Assembly: GCA_965200245.1 (NCBI GenBank) | Contig: CBDATS010000002.1 | Span: forward strand, 224,001 to 288,000 | Source of the DNA: a bacterium | GTDB taxonomy: Bacteria > UBA8248 | DNA length: 64,000 nucleotides | Reading direction: 5' to 3' | Part shown: positions 1 through 10,085 of the stretch, in pieces | Layout: the number at the start of each line of letters is the position of its first letter | How positions within the stretch are numbered: the first letter of the stretch is position 1 | The notes under the pieces: model-generated | The model's input: the letters and a program-made list of their open reading frames with translations, nothing else | Database searches by the model: none | What the model was told of the DNA's origin: nothing | Made by a program: the position numbers and the translations under genes

Positions 1-1
1 G

Positions 2-139
2 TGGTATGGGATCTATTACATGAACAGGGGTACAGAGAAACGATCTGAAGACTCCATGAGAGTTCATGAAGAAGCCATGAAAAAACATGAGGAATCCATG
101 GTGGCACTTCGGGCCTTGATTGAGCGAACGCGAGGGTAA
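2..139 (+). CDS. 3' end of small hypothetical protein (partial, runs off window)
   Basis: Open frame from base 2: WYGIYYMNRGTEKRSEDSMRVHEEAMKKHEESMVALRALIERTRG, TAA at 137-139. Confidence 0.5.
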   Translation, partial: WYGIYYMNRGTEKRSEDSMRVHEEAMKKHEESMVALRALIERTRG

Positions 140-356
140 GGAAACCATAAATCCTGGGATGATTTCCCGGATTATACGGAGAGCACTTCTTCTATTCTGG
201 ATCCAAGTCATCTCAGAAAGAATTCTGAATGATTAGGTGTAAGGGAAAGAAGAAGGGAAATACCACCGAAGGAAAGGCTGACTCCCGATTATTCAGATGA
301 ATTCAATGAAGAATTTTTCTCCACAGTTCCAGGCGGGCCGATTGCGGAGATGAACG

Positions 357-1490
357 TCAGGATTTTCTTCTGAGTTGCGCTCTCTTGCTGCCTGCGCCTT
401 CGCTGTGCGCCTCGCCTTTACGGCGGTGTCGGATAAGTTCGGCGACGATGGCGACTCCGATTTCGCCCGGCGTATCGGCACCGATATCAAGACCTATAGG
501 CGCATGTACTCGCTCGATGAGTTCACCCCTGTCATAACCCTTGTCCTGGAGGTGGCGATACGTGAGCAGCACCTTGCTCTTCGAGCCTATCATTCCGATG
601 TAGCGCACGTCGGTCTTCATCGCCCACTCAAGGACGACCTCGTCGTTCGCATGCCCTCTGGTAATGATAGCCATATAGTCGGACTCATCAACGGGGATTT
701 TCTCGAAAATCTCTGGAAATTCCCCCACGTAGAACGATTCCGCCATCGGGAAGCGCTCCTTGTTGGCGAACGAAGGCCTGTCCTCGACGACCGAAACGCG
801 GAATCCCGCGAGATAAGCCGCCTGCGCGACGCAAAACGACACGTGTCCGCCGCCGAATATATACACGAGGGGCTGGCCGGAGATAGGTTCGACAAAAATT
901 TCAGTCGTGTCCGTGAGCTTCGAGCGCTTTTCTCCCGCGTTCGTGAACTGCATGAGCGTGGGACTGCCATTCCGGATGATTCGGGTGCTCTCCGCCCAGA
1001 CTTCCGTTGAATAGTCGGGAATCTCGCCAACGGCGCTGCCGTCACGCCGGAAGAGCATCTTTCTGTTCTTCGTATCCGGCACGTCGATATCGCCCGGCTG
1101 AACGATGGTCGCCAGCGCCGCGCTGCCACCCTCGGTTCTGATGCGGTTGATCTCTTCGAGCAACTCTTCCTGAAACGCCTGAAACGGCTCCACAAGTATC
1201 TCCACCACGCCACCGCAGATGTGCCCGCTGTCTTCGGCTTCTTGCTGGGTGAGGTCAAAGCGGAGCTTTTCAGGTGCACCCGTCTCAAGGACGCTCATGG
1301 CAGTTTCCCACACTTCGGCCTCAAGACAGCCACCGCCTACGGTACCCTCCGTGCTACCGTCCTCGCGCACGAGCATCTTCGCGTCGCCGCTCATGGGCGC
1401 GGACCCCTTGCGGGCCACGACGGTGGCGAGCGCGCCGCTCTGGCCTTCTTCCTTGAGCCTTGCCATCTCCCTGAAAACGTCCTTGCCCAT
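357..1490 (-). CDS. xdhC: XdhC/CoxI family molybdenum hydroxylase accessory protein
   Basis: ALATVV..KGSAP, GTVGGGCLE, CGG, IFGGGHV, TRGH..D, YIGMIGS, HAPIGLDIGADTPGEI motifs. Confidence 0.93.
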   Translation of the reverse strand: MGKDVFREMARLKEEGQSGALATVVARKGSAPMSGDAKMLVREDGSTEGTVGGGCLEAEVWETAMSVLETGAPEKLRFDLTQQEAEDSGHICGGVVEILVEPFQAFQEELLEEINRIRTEGGSAALATIVQPGDIDVPDTKNRKMLFRRDGSAVGEIPDYSTEVWAESTRIIRNGSPTLMQFTNAGEKRSKLTDTTEIFVEPISGQPLVYIFGGGHVSFCVAQAAYLAGFRVSVVEDRPSFANKERFPMAESFYVGEFPEIFEKIPVDESDYMAIITRGHANDEVVLEWAMKTDVRYIGMIGSKSKVLLTYRHLQDKGYDRGELIERVHAPIGLDIGADTPGEIGVAIVAELIRHRRKGEAHSEGAGSKRAQLRRKS

Positions 1491-1521
1491 TCCTTTCTCC
1501 GCCTACGTGAAATAACGCCCT

Positions 1522-2343
1522 CTACGGCGTGATCCGCAGGATAACTTTACATTCGCTGTTCATACAAGACGTGAAGAGAATGCCGTCCGCCAAACCATGA
1601 GGCTTGCCAGCCAATTCCCATACAGTATAGGCCGTTTTTTCGAGTTTTTCCAGTGAAGTTTCCAAATCCGTCTTGTTGATGACGATCCACTTGCGCGCAC
1701 TGGCCCCGACCCTTCGGAAAAGACCATCGGGATGCGCGCACAGCCTCCCGATTACCTCCGCAGTTATCTCCCCGCCCGCATCCAGTCCGCAGATTCGCGC
1801 CAGCGCTTCAGGGCGAAAGACGTGCTCTGCGCTCAAGGGCGTGCCCAGTGCATCCAGTCCTACGACGCCAAGTACCGTGTCCAGGCTTTCGGGCAGTACG
1901 GGTTCATCGGGACCCGGCGCCTTGATGGGCAATCTTCTCGCCCCGTCCGCCTCGATAAGCGTGATCGCGTCGGTGAGCTTCAAACCAGCGGTTTCATGAG
2001 GCGCGAAGCCGCTCAGCTTCATGCGCCGCTCGCCCTCCTGACCCGGAACCGGGGAGTTGCCCTCGCGCCTGCGGGCGATCCAGGACATGCCGCAAGCATC
2101 CATATAGGTGCGGAGGTTCCTGGCGAGCGTTTCGGCATCACCCAGGGCGAGGTGGATTCTTTCTTCGGAAAGTGGCGCGAATATCTTCGTCGTCGTCGTG
2201 AGAATCGCAGGTTTTCCGCTTTGAGCGTGAAACTCCCTGGCGATGGCCGTCAGCAGGCTCGTTTTTCCGCCTGCGCCGACAGCCGCGACGCTCTGCCCCG
2301 GATTTATACCGAGGGAGAGAACGACACCTTGTTGCGCTACCAA
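1522..2343 (-). CDS. yqeC: selenium cofactor biosynthesis protein YqeC
   Basis: VGAGGKTSL, LTTTTKI, IEADGARRLPIKAP..EPV, INK motifs; clustered with yqeB and xdhC. Confidence 0.88.
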   Translation of the reverse strand: MVAQQGVVLSLGINPGQSVAAVGAGGKTSLLTAIAREFHAQSGKPAILTTTTKIFAPLSEERIHLALGDAETLARNLRTYMDACGMSWIARRREGNSPVPGQEGERRMKLSGFAPHETAGLKLTDAITLIEADGARRLPIKAPGPDEPVLPESLDTVLGVVGLDALGTPLSAEHVFRPEALARICGLDAGGEITAEVIGRLCAHPDGLFRRVGASARKWIVINKTDLETSLEKLEKTAYTVWELAGKPHGLADGILFTSCMNSECKVILRITP

Positions 2344-4109
2344 GCACGACTCTCCACGCCACCGAGCAGTTCGCGCCTCAAAATGTTTACAAGTTCGGTG
2401 GAAAGCTGGGAGAGGTCCTGCACCACGATGTGGTTGGGGTAGATTTGTTCCACGAAAGGGTCCACGACACCGACGCCTATGACGCGCACGCCCAGCTTCT
2501 GCAGCCGGTTCACCGTGTTCACGAGGTGGGTCGCGTCTCCATTGGGTTGGCCGTCGGAAGTGATAATAATTACCTTCTCCTCCTCGGGCCGCTGGATAAG
2601 CCTGCGGTATGCGAAGAGCAGGTGCTCCTCGTCCCAGTTGTTGAAGCGCGGGTAGATGTTGACGAGCCTGTGCTTCACCTGGGCAAACTGGTCCTCAAAA
2701 CCCTTGTAGATTCGGTGCTGCAGCGGCGAATGCCGGATGTGGCGGAACTTGAATGCCGGAATATGCCCCAGTGCCGCCGCCATGGCTGCTTCCGAACTCT
2801 CGGTGGAGTAGCCGATGATCTCGAAAGGCACGTCGAGACGGTCGAGGGCTTCTGCGAAGAAGATGGTCGCCTCCCTCGCTGCCATGTACTTCGACTCGCG
2901 GTTCATGCTCCCGCTCTCGTCTACCAGCAGCGTGAAGCATACGTCCAGCTTGTCGGGTTCTTCCTTGCGGTGAAAGAGATGGAATTTCCCCAGCCGCTGC
3001 TTCCAGAGCTTGGGGAGGTCCAGCTTGCCTGATCGGTGCGAACCGCTGTAGCGCGTGTAGGTTCTCTCCTGGATGATCTGCATGAGCTTCCACACCAGCA
3101 CCTTGATGTGGCTGCCGGCATTGTCGATGACCGCGGCGTATTCCTCGGCCTTCCCCTCGGGCGGCAATACGATGGTCCGCTCATCGGGATGTTCGGCGGT
3201 GGGGTGAACCTCCTTCCTGTTGCCCTCAAGTTCGAACCAGGGAGCGGCCCAGTGCCCGAGTGCCGCGAGTTCCTCGGGACTCAGGTCGACCTGCTCGCCC
3301 ACGTTTTCCTCGTCGATTTCCTCGGCCGCTTCGGGGTGGAGCATTTCGAGGGGTTCGTCATCTTCACCCTCCAGGTTTTGGCTCTCGATTTTCTGGAGGA
3401 TTTCTTCGGGAATTTCCGAGAGGTCCTGACTCTCGCTCATCTGGGCGAGTTGCTCTTCCGTGAGGTATCGCTGGATGGCGTCGTAGATTTCATTCGCGCA
3501 ATCGAAGGCAGTCTTGGGATCATCGGCAGCGCATGCGCGGTCAATCAGCGGGATGAGCCTGTGGAAAATCTGCACGACCGGGGAATCGAACCAGGCCGCG
3601 GGCAAATCTCCAGGCCGCGAGGAGGGGACACCGGGTGTCTGCCCTATTCCGGCGAGATAGAGTCCCCACTGGATCTGGAGAAACAGGGGAAGTTGCCCGC
3701 CCATATGGTTGCGCTCTGCCGCCTCGATGGCCGGCAGGATGAAGGCGCGGAAATTCTTCCTGGTGCCGGGCAGCGATTCCGCAAGGCGGTTTTCGCAGCG
3801 CGCGTCCTCAAGGGTGTGCCAGATATGGAAAAGACCCGGCCTCTCCCGGTTCGCGAGCGCGGCGCGGCCGGCCCACTGGAACGTTCCGTGGATTTTGTGA
3901 GCCACCTCGATGAGCGTCATACCCTTCTGGTACCTGAGTACGTGTTCATCATTCAGGTCACCGCCCAGGCGCGCCAGGGTCTGTTTGGGATCTTCGACGT
4001 GAATGGCGTCCTCGCCGTCCTTCGCCTTGGGGCCGAAGTTCAGGGCGAGTTCGTAATCATGCGCGGTCACCTGCGCGAGTGCCTCAAGACGGGCGCGTCG
4101 GCGTTCCAT
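2337..4109 (-). CDS. VWA domain protein (CobT/NorD-like partner of AAA+ ATPase)
   Basis: LEDARCEN N-terminal motif, SGKLD, MIDAS LLVDESGSM, ITSDGQP. Confidence 0.85.
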   Translation of the reverse strand: MERRRARLEALAQVTAHDYELALNFGPKAKDGEDAIHVEDPKQTLARLGGDLNDEHVLRYQKGMTLIEVAHKIHGTFQWAGRAALANRERPGLFHIWHTLEDARCENRLAESLPGTRKNFRAFILPAIEAAERNHMGGQLPLFLQIQWGLYLAGIGQTPGVPSSRPGDLPAAWFDSPVVQIFHRLIPLIDRACAADDPKTAFDCANEIYDAIQRYLTEEQLAQMSESQDLSEIPEEILQKIESQNLEGEDDEPLEMLHPEAAEEIDEENVGEQVDLSPEELAALGHWAAPWFELEGNRKEVHPTAEHPDERTIVLPPEGKAEEYAAVIDNAGSHIKVLVWKLMQIIQERTYTRYSGSHRSGKLDLPKLWKQRLGKFHLFHRKEEPDKLDVCFTLLVDESGSMNRESKYMAAREATIFFAEALDRLDVPFEIIGYSTESSEAAMAAALGHIPAFKFRHIRHSPLQHRIYKGFEDQFAQVKHRLVNIYPRFNNWDEEHLLFAYRRLIQRPEEEKVIIITSDGQPNGDATHLVNTVNRLQKLGVRVIGVGVVDPFVEQIYPNHIVVQDLSQLSTELVNILRRELLGGVESRAW

Positions 4110-4123
4110 GCCTCATCTCCCGG

Positions 4124-5008
4124 CTAGAAATGGTTGTCCACTATGTCCTCAAGCACTTTGGCGTCGAAAGAATTCACCTTGCCGAAAATGGTCGAGACGG
4201 CGGCATCCATCGGGTCGAACCGCGCTGCCATGCGTGCCCAGTCGATGAGACGCCGGGTGCTGAACGTGCAGAACACCTTTTCGTTCTGCATGGCATCGCG
4301 CACATCGTGGCCCACGCGCACCATGCGCTTGACGAGTTCCTCGTCGCCGTTCCCGCTCTGCTGCATAATGACTTCGACTTCCGCGTCGAAGGGGAGGTAG
4401 TCCATCTTCACGGTGACAGGAAAGCGGTCCAGAAGTGCCTCATTCAATGGCTTGGTGCCGCCGTACCTGCGGTCTTCGTGCGGATTCATACTGGCAAAGA
4501 GTCGGAAGTTCGGGTGCGGTTTGACGATGCGTCCATCGTATTCGGACAGGACGATCATCCGGTCGTCGTCGAGAAGGCTGTGCAGACAAAAGGCGATTTC
4601 CGGCAGACATGCGTTGATCTCGTCGATGAGCAGCCAGTCGCCCGATTGCATGGCGTCGACCAGGATGCCGTTCACCCAGTAGGTGCCCTGTTCGTTGATC
4701 ATCAACTTGCCCACGAACTCATCGACCGTGGTCATGCCGTTCAGGTTCACGCGCCGAAAGCCGTTGTTCGTCATGTGGGCCAGATGACGCACCGATAGGG
4801 TCTTTCCAACACCCGTCTCACCCACCAGGAGAACGGGCAGGTTCTGGCTCACCGCCCACGCGATGCGCTCAAGCGCGTCGCCCGCCGCGAGATAGAACTG
4901 CGCAGGGGGAACGAAGGAGTTTCCGTTCGCCTCGTTGAGGGGAATTTCGCTGCGCCCGATACTGTAGACGCCGTTTTCCACCGTTTCGGTCAGTATTTCG
5001 GTACTCAA
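4124..5008 (-). CDS. MoxR-clade AAA+ ATPase (CbbQ/NirQ/NorQ/CobS-like)
   Basis: Walker A GETGVGKT, Walker B LLIDEIN, PHPNFRLFASMNP, LNEALLDRF, STRRL. Confidence 0.9.
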   Translation of the reverse strand: MSTEILTETVENGVYSIGRSEIPLNEANGNSFVPPAQFYLAAGDALERIAWAVSQNLPVLLVGETGVGKTLSVRHLAHMTNNGFRRVNLNGMTTVDEFVGKLMINEQGTYWVNGILVDAMQSGDWLLIDEINACLPEIAFCLHSLLDDDRMIVLSEYDGRIVKPHPNFRLFASMNPHEDRRYGGTKPLNEALLDRFPVTVKMDYLPFDAEVEVIMQQSGNGDEELVKRMVRVGHDVRDAMQNEKVFCTFSTRRLIDWARMAARFDPMDAAVSTIFGKVNSFDAKVLEDIVDNHF

Positions 5009-5859
5009 TTCGCATACTCCATCGCTGAAACGCCAAACAGGAACATCATGATGGCCTCAAGCGCGCCGCCGCCGATGGCGCGCGATTTATCGGATATCGT
5101 GTGGCAATGGGAGGGTTCGGCCCTCGGGTCGACGTCGCCGACCTTGAAGCCCGCACTCACATCGATGCCGTCCCTCAAAAGTCCGCGCAAAACGCCGTCG
5201 ATGGCGGAACACACCTCCAATCCGTCCACACGGGCGACGGCTTCTCCCGCGCGCACCGCGTCGCCGATTCGGGCAATGGAGGTAAAGACGCCCGCCCGGG
5301 GGGCGCGCAGCAGCCTCTCGGTGGTGTAGCCGCCGATGGGTCCGGGAACACCCGTATTGGGTCTGGCCGCACCCTCCAGAATCACCCTCCCCAGGTCATG
5401 GCCCCGGGAGGTTTCGACCACGGCATGGCAATCAACGCCCGCCGTGAAACCCGGCCCCAGACCGATCACGACCTGCGCATCGTCGATGCGCGTGCCGAGG
5501 TTTCGCTTCGCCAGAATCGCATCTATCACGACGGCGGGCCGGAGATAAGCTATCGCCTCTGCGCGGGGGTCCACCATCACCGGAACAGAATCCGCCTCCA
5601 GAATGGCACGCGCGTTCGCCGCTTTTTCCTCTATGGATTCGCCTTCCGCCCGGGCGGAGGTCACACCCTCTACTTTCCATTCACCGGCGTAGAGGCACTC
5701 GGCGAAGGAGACGGTGCGCCGCACCATGGTGGGGTTCCCGATTTCGGTGATCGCTACCGGAAAACCCGCGCGGTGCAGGCGGTGCGTCACACCGGTGGCG
5801 AGATCGCCACCCCCTTTGACAAGCACGAGCGTATCGGCAATGGCCCTGCGGTTGCTCAT
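5005..5859 (-). CDS. yqeB: selenium-dependent molybdenum cofactor biosynthesis protein YqeB (EF2563 family)
   Basis: KGGGDLATG, VRRTVSF, DAILAKRNLGT, GLGPGF, ETSRGHDLGR, KVGDVDPR, ISDKSRAIGGG; ATG at 5859 just downstream of the RidA stop. Confidence 0.92.
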   Translation of the reverse strand: MSNRRAIADTLVLVKGGGDLATGVTHRLHRAGFPVAITEIGNPTMVRRTVSFAECLYAGEWKVEGVTSARAEGESIEEKAANARAILEADSVPVMVDPRAEAIAYLRPAVVIDAILAKRNLGTRIDDAQVVIGLGPGFTAGVDCHAVVETSRGHDLGRVILEGAARPNTGVPGPIGGYTTERLLRAPRAGVFTSIARIGDAVRAGEAVARVDGLEVCSAIDGVLRGLLRDGIDVSAGFKVGDVDPRAEPSHCHTISDKSRAIGGGALEAIMMFLFGVSAMEYAN

Positions 5860-5863
5860 GCTT

Positions 5864-6256
5864 CTAGTCTTCCACGAAGGCGACCACGTCAATCTCGATG
5901 AGCCATTCGGGTTTCGCCAGCCCGCTTATGATCAGGAGCGTACTCGCCGGGTAGGGTTCATTGAAGTAGGTCTGCCGCACTTCCATGCTGGCCGGAAAAT
6001 CCGCGGGGTCGGTAATATAGACCGTCAGACGGACGATGTCCTCCATCCCGGCACCCGCCGCTTCGAGTGCGGCCTTGATGTTCTCGTACACCTGCCTGGT
6101 CTGGGCTTTCATGTCATTGACCCCGACCGTGTTGCCGTCCACATCGACCGCTACCTGGCCTGCCAGCATGATGAGATGTCCGTTCGATACCTTCCAGCCT
6201 GTGGAATACGCGGCGACAGGCTTCACCTTATCGGAGTCGATTCGTTGTTTCGCCAT
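5864..6256 (-). CDS. RidA family protein
   Basis: AYS..G, LAGQV, Q.RQVYENI..AL, YPASTL..ISGLA..WLIEID. Confidence 0.88.
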   Translation of the reverse strand: MAKQRIDSDKVKPVAAYSTGWKVSNGHLIMLAGQVAVDVDGNTVGVNDMKAQTRQVYENIKAALEAAGAGMEDIVRLTVYITDPADFPASMEVRQTYFNEPYPASTLLIISGLAKPEWLIEIDVVAFVED

Positions 6257-6473
6257 AGGTTGTTCCTCCTGCGCCTTGTTAGAAAAGAAAGGTCATCTTC
6301 CCCAGAGGGGGAGAATCTAGCACGGGGCCGAAACCGAGGCAACGCAAACGGGGCAATCGCCTGGAAGGGGATGATTCGCCAAAACGCCGCCATTCCGGCA
6401 CATACCGAAATGATGAATGCAAAAATCACATGACCGAGAACGCATTTTTCGGGACCATCAATGATCTGGACAG

Positions 6474-6659
6474 TCAGTTCTTTTTCCTCACCAGGCAGAC
6501 TGACCGGAGGACTGCCAGTGCCAGTTCGTCAGCAGTCGCGTCGATGCGGACCGATTCCTCTGGCCCGGCCTTTGGTGGCTGATAGCTGGATGGCTTGAGG
6601 TAGACTGTTGGTTTTTCAGTTGCTGCCCGACCGGTCATTTCACTTTCCTGTTTTTTCAC
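6474..6659 (-). CDS. small hypothetical protein
   Basis: 61-aa ORF KPTVYLKPSSYQPPKA..ESVRIDATADELALAVLR at the edge of the islet. Confidence 0.45.
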   Translation of the reverse strand: MKKQESEMTGRAATEKPTVYLKPSSYQPPKAGPEESVRIDATADELALAVLRSVCLVRKKN

Positions 6660-6703
6660 AACTCACAAGTTCTGGAAAACCCATCTTCTTGTGAAGACAA
6701 GAA

Positions 6704-7525
6704 TCATATCTTGATGAACTCCAGTTTCGTACGCAAGGAATCCTCGAATTCCCCGCGCCTTACAGTCTCAGCCGACAAAAGTTTGTCGTTCGAAGCTTCC
6801 AGCGACAAAACCTCCCAATGATATTCTTCCAACTGATAATCGTCGCTCATGCGGGGGACAAGCCAGACGATATCCCCATCGTTGAGATCTTGCGATGGAT
6901 TGTCAGTCGCTCCGCCTATAGCCTCAAAAAACGGAAGATCAACGGCGACAGCCAGCTTTGTGCCCCAACGCCGCAAAGTCGGTGCCTTGATCTGGAGTTG
7001 GGGCATCAACCGTTTTGCGCTTGATGATCGCCAGTCCGGCCTTCTGAATTCCGTTGGTGCCGGGGGCTGGTCACTTTCATCTGTCAACAGCATCTCGAAG
7101 TCTGACAGCATCCCTCTGCCGGAAAAGTACACGGCCTGAATCTCCAGCCCGAACCATGCAGAAGCCTCGCAGTCTTGTGCAACAACCAAATCAATGCGCC
7201 CTGCCGGTCGTCCCGTTGCCGGCGAACGCATAAACGGTACTTCCCGGGCAAGATAGACGGGAGGGAACCCGACAATACGCGCCAGCCATGTGGGCAGGAG
7301 ATTGTTCTCGTCAAACTGGCTCGGGCAGGTGATGACAGGCTGGCCATCTGTTGCCTAGATTGAACATACACCACCTTTCTTGCTGCATAACGGTTGCCCA
7401 CGCTGAAAAGGACATGGGGGAGGAGGGTCATATCCTAATGCGGAACGAGCCAGTTTCTGTCGTCGCTGCGCATCCATCGTCCGGAAGGGCTCGCCAAACC
7501 ATTCGGCAATGCCATGCCCGCTCAT
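6704..7525 (-). pseudogene. NotI-family restriction endonuclease with in-frame TAG
   Basis: ATG at 7525 overlaps the methylase stop; MSGHGIAEWFG..CPF..CSKKGGVCSI*ATDGQPVITCP (Cys cluster), then GRID..LEIQAVYFSG, RRPDWRSSSAKRLMPQL; TAG at 7355-7357 in frame. Confidence 0.8.
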
Positions 7526-8383
7526 GCGAACAGCGGCTCTGAGGTGATGACCAGTTCTGACAGATTGTTGTGGTGAGTGTTTTTCATGGAACCCCCCACA
7601 GCGTCAAAGCCGTGTTCCCGTACCAATTCGATGATCTCCGGTGCTGCATCATAGGTCATCAGGAAATTCGAATCGTTCGCAGCCAGGATGCGAAACAATG
7701 CCGCATGATTGATGGTCGAGTGTGCATAGAGTCGTGTCCCTGCCTTTTTCCCTCCGGGTGCCGAATAGGGGGGATCGAGAAATACCCCGGCTTTCCGGCC
7801 CCAGCCACGCAACAGGACCGGAAGAATCTTCAGGCCGTCACCTTCCAGGCAAGCGATCCGGTCAGCGTATTCCTGTATGGCTGCAAGGCGTTTCAGGATA
7901 CCATCGTGATCCAAGCCCCTTGCCGTTCTCGCCATATCGCGAGAACGATGCACCCGGAGCAAGAATCCCGCCTCTCCGGGTCCGGTTCAGGACCAGAGTT
8001 CGAAACCCGTGTTCCGCGACAGTGCCGGGTGGTTCGCCCTGCAGCCTTTCCAGGTTCTCGTGGGTCGGCGCGAACTGACGAATCCATTCGCACAGTATCG
8101 TGCCGCTTTCCAGCGCAGACCGCCAGAAGGCAGCCACATCACGGTCGAGTTCGACCATCACAGCGGACGGAACCAGATCTTCCATGACCGCCGTGAGGGA
8201 TACGATGGCACCCCCTGCGAACGGTTCTATCAGGATTTCGGGCTTCGTGTGACGAAGCCATTCACGGATATGCGGGATCAGCCAAGTCTTGCCGCCGGGA
8301 TAGCGGAGCGGACTGCGCTGGGGGACCTGAGCGACGTTGACAACCGGAACCCGAGAGGAAGGGAATGTGACAGTTGTACTCAC
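7522..8383 (-). pseudogene. Dam-like (D12 class) DNA adenine methyltransferase, frameshifted
   Basis: SPLRYPGGKTW and IEPFAGGA in one frame, FLDPPY and FLMTYD in another; frame switch near 7885-7897. Confidence 0.85.
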
Positions 8384-8722
8384 GACCGCGCCCCTGACAC
8401 TTTCCCGTCTCCTGCGATAATATCCATATAACAATGTAATACACTGCAATATAATGCATGAGAATAAATTTCAACATCTATATATTGGCTATTGCCTTGT
8501 CAACTGAACAATTACATGGAAATCGTAGAGTGCCTTCGGTCGGCCTTCCGTTGCCAATCCCATTATCCACCACCCAGCAGATAGTCTCATTTTGCAGTCT
8601 CATGCATTTCTTCACCACCAATCTTGCTGCGCCAGTAACGCAACAATTCGTGTGATGCTCGATGAAGGAGCAAAATCATAGAGGAAATTGCTAAAATTTT
8701 GTAGGCTTCCATGAATTACGCT

Positions 8723-9406
8723 TCACTTGTCGAATATTCGTCTAATATTCAGGGACACTTGATCAACGAAACTTTTCCAGTCTTGATAAACACGGACTGA
8801 TGCTTTTTTGACTGTCGGTGCTTCAGTAGTCCTTCGAAGTCTTTCTCGCAGAGACTACATATACTGATTAATTTCTCGTGCAGAGGAATAACGCTCACGA
8901 TTTGGTATCTTGTTGCTGTCCAAGAAGCCCTTGGGGATATTGTGTTCAGCAAATTTGAAGTTTTCTGGCCATAGATTTCTTTCACGATCGTTTCCAGGTT
9001 GGATGGATCCATTTTTGTAATCTTCATGGAACAATTTGGACGCTGCCACCAAACGCTCGAAAAGAGAAGGCGATACAATGCTGAAATCCAGGTCTGAATT
9101 TTCATTAAATTCTCTTCCGAATTTAGAAGACGCTGCCAACGAGTAACCTATTCTCGAACTTCCAATGAGGGTGATCTCTTTCGGGTGAACATCAAGTCGG
9201 TCTCCAAGCCAGCCGCGTATATCTTCATAGATTGCGGGACAATCGCGAAAAGCATATGGCACTCCTTCAGCCAACCATAGACGTACGAAAATCTCTCGCT
9301 CCCGTTCCGTGCTGTTTTCCAAAGCGTTGCGTAATTCAACAGGACAAGGGAACGGATAGGGCAGTGCCTGAAACCCCGGGTCAATTCTGAATGGTTTTGT
9401 CATCAA
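8723..9406 (-). pseudogene. pol-beta-fold nucleotidyltransferase-like protein with in-frame TAG
   Basis: LIGSSRIGYS...SDLDFSIV (GS-x-DxD); TAG at 8855-8857 followed by 43 open codons (SLRERLRR..VRVYQDWKSF..) to TGA at 8723. Confidence 0.6.
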
Positions 9407-10018
9407 GATGCTCGTAAGTTCCGGCCTGGATATGACGCTGGTAAAGACCGAGCAGATGTTTGCTCCGTCGCTTTATCTGTCGAACAAGGGATACGGGCGC
9501 AATTCTCGCTTCTGGATATTTTAATCGAGCAACAACGAGGCGGCCTCGTCCAGTGACAAGGAATTGGGATGAAACCCAAGGCGCTGACACGCTTGAAAAT
9601 ATCCGTTCATACGCCAGCCATAGTAGGCGATAGACAAATAGACGCTTGGGAGAATGTTTTTCTGGAAAGAGGCATCGACAAGTATTGCCAAGAGAATCTC
9701 ATTCAGTTTGCGGTGAATGGTACGCTCATATCTGCACGTAATGGTACGGACAATCTGCTGTTCAATGGTACTGGCACCTTCACGTGATCGGAAAGCGATT
9801 CGCCGCCAGACAGCTCTGCAAATAGCAATGATATCGAAACCAGGGTGGCGAGAGTGTCTGTGATCTTCTCCCGAAACGAGAAGTTGTTGAGCGACCAAGG
9901 GTGGTGAATTTTCTGGATGGGCGAGTCTCGCGCGTTCTGCCTCGACACGAGACCACACGAAGTCCCAGTCTTCGCATGTTAAACGGCGCAACATCTTCAA
10001 GATAAAGTTTCGAACCAA
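9381..10018 (-). pseudogene. stand-alone transglycosylase (GT51-like) domain protein, frameshifted
   Basis: EDHR..RHPGFD, GASTIEQQ.VR, RK..E, YL..AYYG motifs; C-terminus (VARLKYPE..) continues in another frame after ~9535. Confidence 0.7.
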
Positions 10019-10085
10019 GTGATGGTATCCTTTATCAATTCCCAAGCTTACAACCAACGTGGTTAAGGGAATGTAGATATTCCTC

